Counted from the stretch's first letter, positions 40,374-54,400 are shown. The stretch: DNA of 64,000 nucleotides from Octopus bimaculoides (GCF_001194135.2 NC_068983.1:59792071-59856070), one strand, 5' to 3'. Made by a program: numbers and translations. Notes: generated from the letters alone by a model not told the origin.

Positions 40374-41115
40374 AGAAAGCAAGGGCACATTAAACACTGT
40401 TGTCATAGATTTCACTCTATCAAAAACATAGATGGAAAAGGCATATTCACAGTTGAACCACTGTTAATCATAGCTCAGTTCTGTCAGAGCTAGCCAGGGG
40501 CTAAATAACATTTTGTTACAAACTTTTTTCTTCTCTTTTCAATAATTTTAGAAGCATATCAAGCCAATTTGATATTCTAAGCAGTGAAATATGCTAAGGT
40601 CATCCCTTTAGGGGTATTAAAATCAGCTAAAAGAATATAGCCTTGCTGATTAGCTTAAATTGTATAGCTTCCTATTTGGTTAAGTTGTGACAAAAGCAAA
40701 TCACCATTCAACTCAACTTTCATGTTTTATACCTTATTGACTATTGAGAAAGATTTCGCTAGTTCTATCCTTCTAGTACACTTCTCTGAAATTGTTCACA
40801 GACGTAACAATTAACAATTAGTTCAGGCTTTTTTCTTTCTTTCTGTCTTTCTTTCTTTTTCTTTCTTTCTTTCTTTCTTCCTTTTTTTATTTTCTCTTTC
40901 CAAATGTCAAAAGCCAGAATGACTGACCAATTTTTTTTATTAAATAAAGATAGAAAGAAAATCTTTTCATATCAATCTGCAACATTTTACGTGTAGACAA
41001 ATGCTGAAGAATTTTTACCATTCCAATTTAACAAATTTTTTTCTCCTTTCTTTTTCCTTCTCACTTCCTCTCTTTTTTACTTTGTATATTTTTAGTCATT
41101 CTCTTTATGATGTAA

Positions 41116-41152
<37 letters not shown>

Positions 41153-42865
41153 GTCTCAGGTTCAGCCACACTGTGTAGCACCTTAGACTTGAGTAAGTGT
41201 CTTCTACCACAGCTCCAGGACAATCAAAACCTTTTTTCAGACAGAAACTGAAAGAAGCTCATTGTGTGTGTGTATGTGTGCACATGTGCATGTATTTAAA
41301 TTAATGTGTGTGTGTGTTCATGTTTATGTATACACACATCATGTGAAGGTTGTAAACAAGCATCACCATCATACAAGCAGTGTTGTTTGTTACTGGTCTT
41401 CTGTAAAAAAACACGTTTGGGGAAAATATGTGAGAGTTGGTGACAGGAAAAGCAGCTGGCTCTAAAAAATCTGCCTTGACAAATTTCATCTTAGTCAAGC
41501 AAGCTTAGCAAATTGGCCATTTAATGATGAGGAAAATGATACTGATGACACACACACACACACACACATTTACTTATCTGTTTATACTTTGTGCCATCTA
41601 GTCAGAACAACTGGTAAATCTAATCTGTAGGATTTTGTTCGGTAGGATATACTGAAGGAATTTCCCATTGTGTTTGAATGTCATGAAACAATGCTATGAA
41701 TTCTCTGAGATGATCCAACATAAAGAATATCTATTAAGTAATAATGTATTTTAACAAAAAAGAAAATACCCAGAATCCTCTTTCTAAGTGTTTTTAACAC
41801 ACCAGAGTTCATCTTGAAGTTAATACCTTGATTTGTCATCCACTCTTTTAAATGTTATTCATAAAGAGTTGTTTCTTTTTAAATCCAAATACAAAATCTC
41901 CTAAGAGCTTTTATACAAAATTATAATGAATAATGTATAGAATATTCCTTTGTAAACTCTTCAAATGTAAAAATAAAAATAAAAATTAAGGCTACTCTTT
42001 TGAATCCCCACAAGATTACATAATTATATTTCTATGGTACTCATTAATCTTTACTTCTAGTATGTTTGTATTGCTGGATATCAAATTATAATGTATTTTA
42101 TTGTCATAATGGTTATTCTTTTTAAATATTTCCATTTTAAAATTGTAAGTTTACATAGAATCTGATTTTATTCTGTTATATTATTTTATGGCATTTAAAA
42201 TAAATATCTCCATAATCTTACTTCTTTCTAGAGATTTTGTAATTTCATAAACTTTCTGGCTTTTCAATACATACAACAACCATACCATATAAAAGCAGAT
42301 GCAAAAGCAGCTAATTTTTATAGTCTAATAACATTTTGAATCGAAGATTTTTGCAGCAAAGCCACTTACAATGAAATACCCCAACTCTCTTCATACTTCC
42401 AGACATACCCTATCCTACTCACCAGTTCCCATACTAAACCCATATTCGGTATATAAAACTCAGAGCTACATCCCTGTTGAAAGACATCTCTCCTTCATCT
42501 ATGTCTTCAGTTTAATTTAACAAAATAAAATCACTGACTGATCAAATTTCATATAAACAAGTAAACAAGTTCAGTAGACACAAGTATGGTTGCATGGTTA
42601 AGAAGTTCACTTCCCAATCACATGGTTTCAGGTTCAGTCCCACTGTGTGGCACCAAGAGCAAGTGGTTTTTACAACAGCCCTGAGCTGACCAAAACCTTA
42701 TAGGCACAGATATAGCTGTGTGGTTAAGAAGTTCACTTCCTAAGTAAATGGCTTCAGGTTTAATCTCACACAGTCACACCTTTGATAAATGTCTTCTGCT
42801 ATAGTCCCAGGTTGATCAAAGCCTTGTGTGTGGATTTGGCTGACAGAAACTAAAAGATGCTTGTC

Positions 42866-42905
<40 letters not shown>

Positions 42906-43707
42906 TGGTCAGTGTCTCCTTGACATCGCATGATGATTGTAAAGGAGTGTCACTGCCATACAAGCAAGTGTCATTCATTTCCAATCTTCTGTAAGGAGGA
43001 GGATGACACTATCATCCATATTTATAAACACTCCAAGATTAAAACCAATCACATTCTTTAAGCTATGATTCATTCTTCTAGCTATGATAACTGCTAACTT
43101 TTTATGTAGCAATTCCTCTGTATCTTACTTCTTCCATTCAGTGCTGTTCACTTTATCGAATCTTTTTTTCCCCAACAACTGCTTTCTTCCCTGGAATTCC
43201 TTAACTAATGCATAGCTATTGACATTGGCCTGCAACCAAAGTGGCAATGCTTTGTTCTCTTCTTCACTCAGATAGAAAGTAAGAACCTGAAACAGAAGAT
43301 TCTTCCTTCTTCGCTACAAATGAACTTAACAAACTCAGTTATGAGCCCTGCTATAGAAACTAAATATTTATTGCAGTAATCTCCTCTCATCCCAGGTTAG
43401 GGAATGTCTCTAAGTAATGCCACCTCTTCCTCTTCAACTCCATTTTAATTTAAAGAACCAATTAACCTGAAATCATTCCAGCTAAGCCTTAACTATGCAA
43501 ACATTTTGTTGGATTTTTATCCTTCCAACTCTGGTCCTATGCACCGCCTCCTCCTCAGTTGCATTTTCACTTTAAGGAACCCATTAACCTGAAATTAAGT
43601 CAACAAAGCCTTAACCAAGCAAACATCCTTTCTACTCTTGTATGAAAAAGGATACAAAAGGCAACAATAGAACAATATCAAATATTTAACTGTTCTGTAA
43701 TTTACCT

Positions 43708-43940
43708 TTAACTCTTTTGATGCCTATTCCCCTGAGAACACCCTTGGTTTTGAAATACAAACTTTCTGCTTTAAAATGATCAGCTAAATTAAAACCTTCC
43801 TTCAAAATTTCATGTTAAGTTTTTTTCCACTCATCAGCTTAATAATGGAAAAGTTATTTTACTAAATTCTTCATTATTTTCAAAATTAATTGGAACAACA
43901 CCAGAATATTTCAACAGAAATATGGTAAGCAAATGGTTAA
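43708..43940 (-). mobile_element. piggyBac-like MITE, reverse orientation
   Basis: TTAActcttttgatgcc...ggtaagcaaatggTTAA; reverse complement of the family core. Confidence 0.55.
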
Positions 43941-44229
43941 ATGGAACATAAAATGACACAGAGTAAAACAATAGAAGATACCATTTTTGCTTCTTCTCTT
44001 ACTAAGAAAACTACAAGCATTCATGTAGAATAAACAGATTTTCAATATTTATTCTATATGTTAGAGATTAATGACTACTGAACGTAATGCTGAAATGGCT
44101 ATGACCTTGCTATATTTTATATAAACCTATTTCTAATACTAATAAAGAGATATGAATGTGAAAAGCAAAAATATTCTGTTTAAAATCATTGAGACTAAGC
44201 AACTAGTGTAAACAGGGAATATAAATGTT

Positions 44230-45454
44230 TTTGACTTTATATTGCATTTAGAATGGTTAATTCTCTGTTCAGTAATTAGCAAAGAGACATTGGTAAATAT
44301 GTTATGGCATGCTAAATGAAAGTGGGTAGATACAGTAATGACATTTACATTAATAGGTTAAAGCCTCACCAATTCTTTCTCGAAATAAAATAATTTATCA
44401 AATAGAGTATGCACTAGTTACTCATTTCTTTTAATTAAGCACTGGTCTCTGTGGGAATTGAACTCAGAGCACTGACAATTAGAAAGAATACCAGTTAAGT
44501 TGACAAAAGTACAAGTTTCACTCCTGCTTTGTAACAATGAATAAAAACTTCTCTCACAGCATAAATGTATATGCGTAAAAACAGTAACAAAGAACATTCT
44601 AAAGATATTTGGTTTAGTTTTCATATTTCATTCAGAGATATTCCTAATCTCATTCTGCTGTATTGTATTGCTGTTGAAGTTTTGCATGTAAAGTAAGGGA
44701 CGGAAATTAGTTGGAACATACGTGAAAAGAAAGTGTTAAGACAGGCTGTAATTATGAAAGGCTGGCGTTAAAATTTCAGTGTAAGTAGATGTCAAAACCT
44801 TCCTGTCGAGTGCAATTGGTAATAGCTGGAGCTTCAATATTATCAATAAGTATGTTCTGTAAACTGTCAGCTATTGAAATACTTGAAGAAAATTCTGTAT
44901 CAGTTTAAGAGCTGCTGAGACAGTTGGAGGGTATTATTCTTTAATGTCACTAATTGAAGATAGAGATTTAGCATCAATATTTGGTATGTGATAGTGAATA
45001 GAAGAAGACATTGCTTTTGTGACCTGCCTTACAGATACTTTCATTGAATAATTGCTAGAGTCATCTTTTCTCTTGATTTCAGTTCAAGTGTAAACTTGAA
45101 GGGTCACTAACTCATTTGTACTATATCTTGTAAACATTCAGTTGAATATATTTAGTGTATGATAGAGTTTAACATGAACAGTTGATAATTGCATTGATAA
45201 GGGTCTTTGACTTTATACTGCATTTAGAATGGTTAATTCTCTGTTCAATAATTAGCAAAGAGACATTGGTAAATGTGTTATGGCATGCTAAATGAAAGTG
45301 GGTAGATACAGTAATGGTACTTACATTAATAGGTTAAAGCCTCACCAATTCTTTCTCAAATTAAGAAAATAAATGATCAACTAATGTATGCAATAGTCAC
45401 ACATTTCTTTTAATTAAGTACTGGTCTCTGTGAGAGTTGAACTCAGAGCACTGA
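44230..45454 (+). repeat. Two ~248-bp direct repeats (44230-44475 and 45206-45454) around a 730-bp unique spacer
   Basis: Both copies run tttgactttata..gcatttagaatggttaattctctgttc...aactcagagcactga; high identity in the first ~150 bp, lower afterwards. Confidence 0.9.
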
Positions 45455-45632
45455 TGGTTAAAGAAACAATATCTATAGGGAATGTGTGTGTATATGTGTG
45501 ACCAAGACTTAGATGTCATTGTCAATAGTATTCTTGTTTATAAGAATAAATTTGTACTCTACAAAGGTATAGGGTAATGCATCAGATTAATGTAAAATTG
45601 TTTTTATCATAACCATTAAAGCAAACAAACAG

Positions 45633-45670
<38 letters not shown>

Positions 45671-45691
45671 AAATACATACATACATATATG

Positions 45692-45743
<52 letters not shown>

Positions 45744-45744
45744 G

Positions 45745-46026
45745 ATATATAGTTTTAGGGAAAAGAACTAAGTTTCATGAACTCATCGATGAAAATCCAC
45801 TATCACATATAGAAAAATTAATAATTAAAAGCACAATAAATGAGTATAATATAATACAAAGTAAATATCATAAGATAAAGATAATATTATCTTTATCTTA
45901 TGATATTTACTTTGTATTATATTATACTCATTTATTGTGCTTTTAATTATTAATTTTTCTATATGTGATAGTGGATTTTCATCGATGAGTTCATGAAACT
46001 TGGTTCTTTTCCCTAAAGCTATATAT
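45745..46026. repeat. 282-bp spacerless AT-rich palindrome
   Basis: Centre ataat|attat at 45885/45886; arms 141 bp; only two mismatches (46002 and 46018), checked block by block. Confidence 0.95.
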
Positions 46027-46149
46027 TTTTATATATATTTTAATCCGTAAAGCTCAATTTAATTTTAATTTTTTCTAAATTGATTTTAATTGAGTTTTTA
46101 CCTGTAATTTTGGACTTTGTCCCTAATATTATTATTATTATATACATAG

Positions 46150-46182
<33 letters not shown>

Positions 46183-46604
46183 CATACATATATATGTGTG
46201 TATGTATGTGTGCGTCTGTATATAGATATCTATAGGGTGTGCATGCACATTGTTTTCGATGTTGTCGACTACACAGTATGGTAGGGTCAGTTGGGCACTG
46301 CCTGTGAGGCTGCAGCCATGCTGGGGCACTGCACATATATATATATATATGTATATATGTATGCATGTATGTATATCTTTATTATATTTGAATGGTTAAT
46401 AATATCACTAGTAGCCACTGTTAGGTAAAGGATTCATGAAATATCACTTGCCTAGAATATATATTTATATATAAATTTAATGATTAGAGTCAAATTTCAG
46501 AATGTTTTGATCTACTGTTCTTCTGGAGATCACAAAATCAAAACCTTTTGTAGTTTGTCAGTCATCATTAAATTTATGAATAAACATGGGCACACTCACA
46601 TACT

Positions 46605-46726
<122 letters not shown>

Positions 46727-47304
46727 TATTAGTCATTTGAACACCAACATAGCCCAGTTTTCACAATATTCATTTTCCTTTCATTTCTTTTTTGTTGTTT
46801 CTTTTTTGGATAAGTACTTTCATGTTATGGAAGCAATCATCACAGTGGAGTTTTATAAAATAACAATTATATCAAGGTAAGTATCTAGGTAAATATAAGC
46901 ATAGCAACTAGGTGAATAGTTAGAAAGTATATTTACATCTGGTAGCACTGGCTACAACTAAATGACATTGTTGAATAGTTAAACTCTTACAGTATTATTC
47001 CACATTTTTTTCCTAATGAATAATTAGGAATCTATGTCTTGTAAAAATATGTGACTCACATGCATTCAACTTAACTGTATTCAACTACTTTGGTTGATGA
47101 AAAGATATGACAGCAGATAAAAATCAGTTAGAACAGGTGAAAACCACATTCACAATGTACACCAATGATCATTTTATCTATCAGCAAATTTCTTCCTAGT
47201 CTATGCCATGGTTATAATACTCTGTGTTTTATTGTGAACTAATTGCGTTTTGTGAAAATCTTCTAGTTTCTAACAGGTTTGAGTAATATTTATAGAGAAA
47301 GTAA

Positions 47305-47523
47305 GGTGGCAAGCTCACTGAATTGTTAGCACACCAGACAAAATATTTAGCAGTATTTTGTCCATCTGTATGTTCTGAGTTGAAATTCTGTGAAGGTCAA
47401 CTTTGCTTTTCATCCTTTTAGGCTCAATAAAGTTAAGTACCAGTCATGTACTGTGATCAGTGTAATCGACTACCCCCTCCCTAAAAAATTCCAGGCCTTT
47501 TGCCTTCAGTAGAAAGGTTATTT
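47305..47523 (+). mobile_element. SINE family C (representative copy). Others near 7470-7600(+), 23040-23275(-), 23285-23505(-), 28462-28570(+, tail only), 36105-36290(-), 47800-48180(+, two), 57255-57480(+), 57612-57845(-)
   Basis: tRNA-like head (gttagcac...gagttcaaattcc in better copies), conserved core gtcaactttgcctttcatcctt..gggtcgataaa..aagtaccag, and (ATT)n tail. Confidence 0.8.
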
Positions 47524-49379
47524 ATGGAGAAAGTACAACAGTCTTTCAGGCTTATATAAAGTGACCTTAATTCTAATAGGAATTTGTTAATAGTGATTTC
47601 AAACCAAGGATATTAGAAATGATTCTCTTAATCCAAATATATTACAGATGTATATTTCATCAACTCCTTCCCTCACATAATTTGGGAAAATAGGTAATTT
47701 CTAAAAAAATTAATTACAGTTCCACATAAACCTGGAGAGTGTAGTGTACTGTATATTTGTTGAACCATCTACATACATATTATACTGTATATTATTATCA
47801 TTGAGCTGACAGAATCAGTAGTACGTAAGGAAAAATGCTTCGCAGAATTTTGTCTGCCTTTATGTTCTGAGTTCAAATTCCATGAAGGTCAACTTTGCCT
47901 TTCATTCTTTCAGAGTCAATAAAATAGGTACCATTTGAGCACTGGTGTTGATGTGACTCCCTGAAACAGCTGGCTTTGTGCCAAAATTTGAAATCATCAT
48001 GATTATTATTATTATTTTATTATTATCACTGAGGCAGAGAGCTGATGGAATTATTGCCATGTCAGACGTAGTTTTTCTGCCTTTACATGGTAAGTTGAAA
48101 TACTGCAATGGTTGAATTTACCTTTCATCACTTTGGGGTCGATAAACTAAGTACCAGTTGAGCACTTGGGTCAATGTGATAAAAGATAGAGAGATAGACT
48201 GTTCTCATCATAGTAACTAACGAGACTTTCACTATATAACAGCCTACTATTAAAAGAAGGCACTTGTATGATTGACAAATATATTTTGCAGGCAAATAAA
48301 ATATTTTTACAGTGAAGGGTAAAAAACCTTGTAAAGTGTAAAAAAGATATATAAAAGAAAGATTTTCAGTATCACTTTTTCAGTAGTTAAAAATTTATAA
48401 ATTTATTTAAATTGTGAGCAATGCTATTTAGGATTTTTTGAAATCCATTAATGTTGATTAACCAGAGATATTTACAAGAAACTCATACATGCCTTTCTTT
48501 AAGACTCCCAGAGTGCCAGTCATACCTGGGGTTGTTTGTGACTTCAATTGCCACATTCTGCTAATCCCACTCAATAGATCTTTGTACTTTGTACTCAGAG
48601 ATTTATATTTGTTGATGGAAAGAAAAGGTGACCCTGAATTATACAGAAACTAATTACATAACGATGGAAATCTAATTACTACAATACAGTCTCAACCATC
48701 TGCACCAGCTTCTGCTATTATCTGTTCAGATAATGTCGACAGCATTTTGGATTATCCCTACAACATAACCTGTATGGATCTCCTGCAACTGAAGCAGTCT
48801 TTTACAGTGATGCACGTTTATTGATTCCAACATGTTGGAATCGCTGTTGCTCATTGCCACTGAACTGACACAAACACATACATGCATGCATGCACATGTG
48901 TGCATGCATGCGCTTCTACTGTACACAGATTTCAACATATATCTGTGCTGTTGTTATTTTTTTGTGTGTGTTTTTGTAGCGATGTGTGTATGTGTATAAT
49001 GTATATTTATATGCATCTATGTATGTGTATCTTATAAATGTGTTTGAAAACAACACGCACACACATATTCACATATACACGTACATATATATATGTGTGT
49101 GTGTATAGAGAGAGAGGAGAGAGAGGAGAGAGAGAAAGAAGAGAGAGGTGAGAGAGAGAAAAAACATATATATATATATATATATAAATGTATACATTGT
49201 TGTAGGTAGACACCTATCTACTACCTAATAACATCAGATGTGCAGCTGCAATTACAAACTGCAGCCATTCAATCTTGTATAAAATCACTGAGACATCAAT
49301 TCATTCAGTTGCTTATTTTTCTGTTACATTAACTGATTACTCATTTATCTCTTGTTACCATTTCAGTAGTTACCCTGTC

Positions 49380-50025
49380 ATTATGTCATATCAGATTCTA
49401 AGTAGTATGTCATCATGTCATATTAAACTGTTCATGGGATATCATGTTTTATTAAACTGTCTGTGGTATATCATGTCATATTAAACTGTCTACGGGATAT
49501 GATGATATAGCCTACTTTTTGGTGTATATCACATAATATCAAACTTTCTGTGGTGTATCATGTCATATTTAACTGTTTGTGGTATGTTATACTCTGTGAA
49601 ACTGTAGTATACCATGTCATATCAAGCTGTTTGTAGTATATCACATAATATCAAACTGTCTGTTGTATATCATATCATTTTAAACTGTCTATGGCATATC
49701 ATGTTATATTAAATTGTAATATATCATATTATATAAATTGTTTATATATTTTATAAACAGTTCTATTAAATCGTCTGTCAGATATCATTATATTAAACTA
49801 TCTGAGATATCACATAATATTAATGTCTGTGGTATATTATATTGTTACTGCGTTGTATACCATATTATATAAACTGTTTATATATTATATCAACAATTCT
49901 ATTAAACTGTCTGTTGATATCAAGTTATATTAAAGTATCTATGGGATATCATTCTATATCAAACTGTCTGTGGTATGTCATGTTATATCAGACTGTGGTA
50001 TATCATTTTAAGCATGTCTGGGCTA
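49380..50025 (+). repeat. Degenerate ~29-bp minisatellite
   Basis: About 20 head-to-tail units of consensus atatcatgtcatattaaactgtctgtggt, with internal deletions. Confidence 0.85.
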
Positions 50026-51686
50026 TCTATTATTTGGTAGACTGAGAGATAATTACTTCATGGAAAAGGCATCCAGCTGTTGAAAACTGCATCCCATCTG
50101 ACCCATGCAAGCATGGAAAAGTAGACTATAAAACGATGATGATAAGGTGTGATCTAAAAGAATTTATTTCTTTTCAGTGGGTTGATATACCACATTGAGG
50201 ATCTTTCAGTCTAAGCTTTAGTAGTAGTGTGGTAGCAAAATTTATGACAGCAATGAAGATGGCGATCATTTTGACAGCTAGAACAACAACAATAGTAATA
50301 ACATCAACATACATACAAAGGAAAGGGTGTAACATAAAATAGCAATTTTGCAATGAATGTATAACTCTTTAAAAATGAACACAAGCAACATATCTGCATT
50401 GCAATTTGAAAATGAGTACCTGAGGTTAGTACCTATAAATATAGGAGCAAATAATAAAGGGGTTGTTAGAAAGTGATATAATGTCGAAGTCATCCTTAGT
50501 GAAATTAGTATATTAGAAATATAAGTGATAATTATTTAAAACACACACACTAAAAGTAGATAAAAATTGACAGGAAATAATATAAAGAGACATGGCACTT
50601 CGAGAAAGATTAGAAGTTTAGAGATAAAGAGAGATGAAACTGCATATTATGTTTCAGATAGCCAAATTGCATATTAAACCTATTAAACATTGATTTATTG
50701 TTGCACAGAAAGAGTGTAACATGAAGAAAATAACCATGCCAGTATCTGCAGTATTTAAAATAATATATCACAATAGAATTTTCGTATTAAAAGCTAATAT
50801 TATATAAATTACAATAGCTGTTGTTTTTTGTTTCGTTTCTGATTTCTTTTTCTTTTTTTGTTTTTTGGTTTTTCTTTGTTTTTGTAATAGACAATAGCAA
50901 AACAGTAGTCAATGGTATATAAAATTAAATGGGACGAAGAGAGTTGAAAATATATCGACTTTTGATTTCAGCACTTAGACATTTAAGATATAGCATAATA
51001 AATTTATTGAAAAGCTAAACAAAGACTTCACATTAAAAAGAAATATGTGTGTGTATTTGTGTGTGGGTGTGTGTGTGTGCATATGTGCATGTATGTATAT
51101 TACACACACACACACACATATATATATAACAATGTATTCTACAATCCTTTAACTGGTTTAAGTTGAGTGTGATCATGCTGAGGCATCGCATTCATTTTGA
51201 CAAAAAGGAAAATTTTGAATTTTCCATTTGCACAAATATCTAGATGTTCATTACAAGGAACAGTTCTTAGAGAAATACAGGAAGAAAATGTTCTGCTACA
51301 AGAAGAAAACTTTATAAGAATTCTAAATATGAAACTAAACTGGAAATTGTTGACACCACAACTAAAAACAAATTCCCCTATACAGATTACCTTGTAACAT
51401 GTGTATTTGAAAAGTTGTAAGCAGTAAAAGCACTTTCACAATATAAAAACTCCTTTCCAAAAGATCTGTGTCATTCTTATTTTAAAGATCATCATCCCAA
51501 CTCTCTGTTAGGAAGTACAAGCACTTACACATACATGTACACACACAGCAGGAACTTCCATCTACCAAATTCTGTCATAAAGCTTCAGAAGACACTTGTC
51601 CAAGATGCCATGCTGTGGGACTGAACCCAAAACTAATAATTTTTAATTTAAGAAAATCTTTCTTCAAACACACACACGCACGCACA

Positions 51687-51742
<56 letters not shown>

Positions 51743-52302
51743 ATGGGCTTCTTTCATTTTCTATCTACCAAATCTACTCAGTCTGAGGGCACAGTAGAAG
51801 ATACACAGTGTGATTGAACCTAAACCTATATGATTGAGAAGCAAATATGTTAAGATTTCCAAACACCTACCCACATTTTCACACATACACACAGGATGGT
51901 CTTCTACAATTTCTGACTACTAAATATATATAGAGAGAGGACACTGTAAGCAGAATTGTATATTAGGGTAGAAAATGTAAGATTGAATACTCTTCAAATA
52001 TTCACTAAAGGTAGCAATAAATTATCATTCTCAACATTGTCATTACTTTAGTATCCACTTTTCCATGCTTAGTTATGTTGATATTGAAAATTTAATCCTT
52101 TGGAAAAAACCATAGGTATCCCAGTGGGCTTTGATTCCCTTGGCATGGATTAGTTTGTTTATTTGTGAGAGGTAGCAAGGAAGCTTCTGTATGGTGGCTC
52201 AACCTACTAGAATTAGAAGCTGCATCTTTCTCAACTCATACACTATAGCATTAAGGACTAAAGAACACGTTAACTAATATTTTAGTCCTAGATGTATGCA
52301 CA

Positions 52303-52553
52303 GTGGAGGTGCGTGGCTTAGTGGTTAGGGTGTCAACATCATGATCATAAGATTGTGGTTTCGATTCCTGAACTGGGCGACGCGTTGTGTTCTTGAGCAA
52401 AACACTTCATTTCACGTTGCTCCAGTCCACTCAGCTGGCAAAAATGAGTAACGCTGCGATGGACTTGCGTCCCATCCAGCTGGGGAACACATATGCCATT
52501 GAAACCGGGAAACCGGGCCCATGAGCTTGGTTAGGCTTTAAAAGGGCGCATTT
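52303..52553 (+). mobile_element. tRNA-derived SINE family B (well-preserved copy). Others near 4148-4486(-), 11045-11180(+), 16375-16600(+)
   Basis: A box tggcttagtgg 52314-24; B box ggtttcgattcc 52357-68; core ttcttgagcaaaacacttcatttcacgttgctccagtccactcagctg; CpGs largely intact. Confidence 0.85.
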
Positions 52554-54367
52554 GTATTTGTTGTAGATATATGCACTGCCTATGATTAAAAAGCAGGATT
52601 AATCATGGCTGAAACATGTTTGATCATAGATCGTGGTTAAACAATAACATGAACATTATTACATTTATCCCTGTAAAAATTAGGTACTAGGGTTGAGTTA
52701 TTTAACTAAGAAATTCTTTAAGGCAGTGCTCCAGCATGGCTGCAGTTTATTCACTGAAACAAAGATAGAAATGTGCAAAGGCCAAATGGAAAAGAGCAAC
52801 CATGTCTACTGAGTGTGTGTAAATAATAAAGCACAGGAAGAAAATCTAGACATTAAAGATATCTGTTGTAGTGTGTGAAAAAAAAAAGAAGACAGAAACC
52901 AAAGAGAGTGGTGGTGGTCTTTATTGGCAAGACTTGTATTATTTTGAAAAATCAACAAAAAGAATACGGAAATTACTGTTGAGAGTGCAAAATCCAACGT
53001 TATGAACTGAGTGTTTCTTCAGAGAAAAGTTGACAGAAGGGAAATTAAAAGAAAAACAGCAGAGTTTTATATTCTTTGTATCTGCAGCCAACTCCTTTCA
53101 TTTTTCCCCTATCAACTTCCCCCTGTTAAAAGGATTGTCTGCAATGTTGGATTTCTCACTCCCCACAGCTACTCCACTATATTTTTTATGTTGACTTTTC
53201 TAAAGAATAAAAGAAGACAACATTGGTATGAGCATGTGATACATAGATACATATGAAGAATGGCAGTTAAGGTGAAAATCATTTGAGGCAAGCAAATGGA
53301 AGTTGAGGAAGGCCAAAGAAGATAGGAGGAAGAAATAGTAAAGTTTGTTCTCAGGATATTGGATATATCAAAGGAGATGACGAAGAAATGTGACAAATTG
53401 TGAGACATTGAACTGAACTAAAACAGACTTGTTCAACCCCTGCCAGTATGAAAAACATTGATATAAAAATAATAATGTTGATGATGAGGAGGAAGAGAAT
53501 GCTGATTATGATGATGATCATCATCATCATGATCATGATCATGATGTTTTATCTAGAAATAGACAGTGAAAGTAAAAGATTAATTTAAATAAATTCTAAT
53601 AAATGCAAAGTATATAATTCTTTTCTTTGCATTAATACCAGAAAAAAAAATAGTTAGCTAACAGTTGAAATTATGAAACAAATACTGATAACATAATATA
53701 CAAAATTATATTAATACGTAGGAAATAAATGAAAAAATAAATTTACATTCATTTGATTGGCTGCAATGAGAAACTGGAAAACTCAGATATGTCAGGTAGT
53801 CTTTTCAATATTAAATTATAAAAAAATAGATTTAGAGGATAAATTTTACACAACAACATCATTTAGTGGTAGCTGACATAAATCCAACACATTTTCTAGT
53901 AAGTTATTATAAAATATTTATATTAGTCTATATTTGCAGGAATATTGCTTATCATATTAATGTGCTGTATTCTCTAAGCTAATTCTATGAACCAACTTTT
54001 TTCTCTTAAAATTTATAATTAATGTTACTTCTAACATTTCTAAAATTTGCCGACATTGATAATGTATACAGCTTCACTAAAATCAATGGACATACTGCTG
54101 AAGCACAATAAACAATGAAATATTTGAAATGTGTCATATATAATACCCATTTAAACAGAAACTTATAGATGGTCTGCTAGCATTCTACAAAGGATTATGA
54201 TGCAAGCTGGCAAGGCAGCTTTTACAATAGCACACAACTAAATCTTCCTCAACTAACTTATCTGTCTATGCCATAAAACTAGTCAAGAGAAAGCTACTGA
54301 CTAACAGGAAGGAGATTTTAAAGAGTCGATGAAGAAATAAGCACACATATATCTGATGTATACATCA

Positions 54368-54400
54368 CTGATGAGACCAAATTAGGTTGAAACAGGCATC
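54368..54400 (+). ncRNA. Degenerate hammerhead motif
   Basis: CTGATGA-GACC-AAATTA-GGTT-GAAAC-AGGC-ATC. Two departures from consensus (GGTC>GGTT, GTC>ATC) are both CpG-decay-type changes; stem I is weak. Confidence 0.4.

Noticed and set aside
49380-50025. CRISPR-like regular repeats, also at 16841-16992
   Set aside because: Eukaryotic context, degenerate units, head-to-tail arrangement or only three copies, and no cas genes.
52303-52375. tRNA gene (A and B boxes present)
   Set aside because: No cloverleaf or acceptor stem; continues into a multi-copy SINE body.
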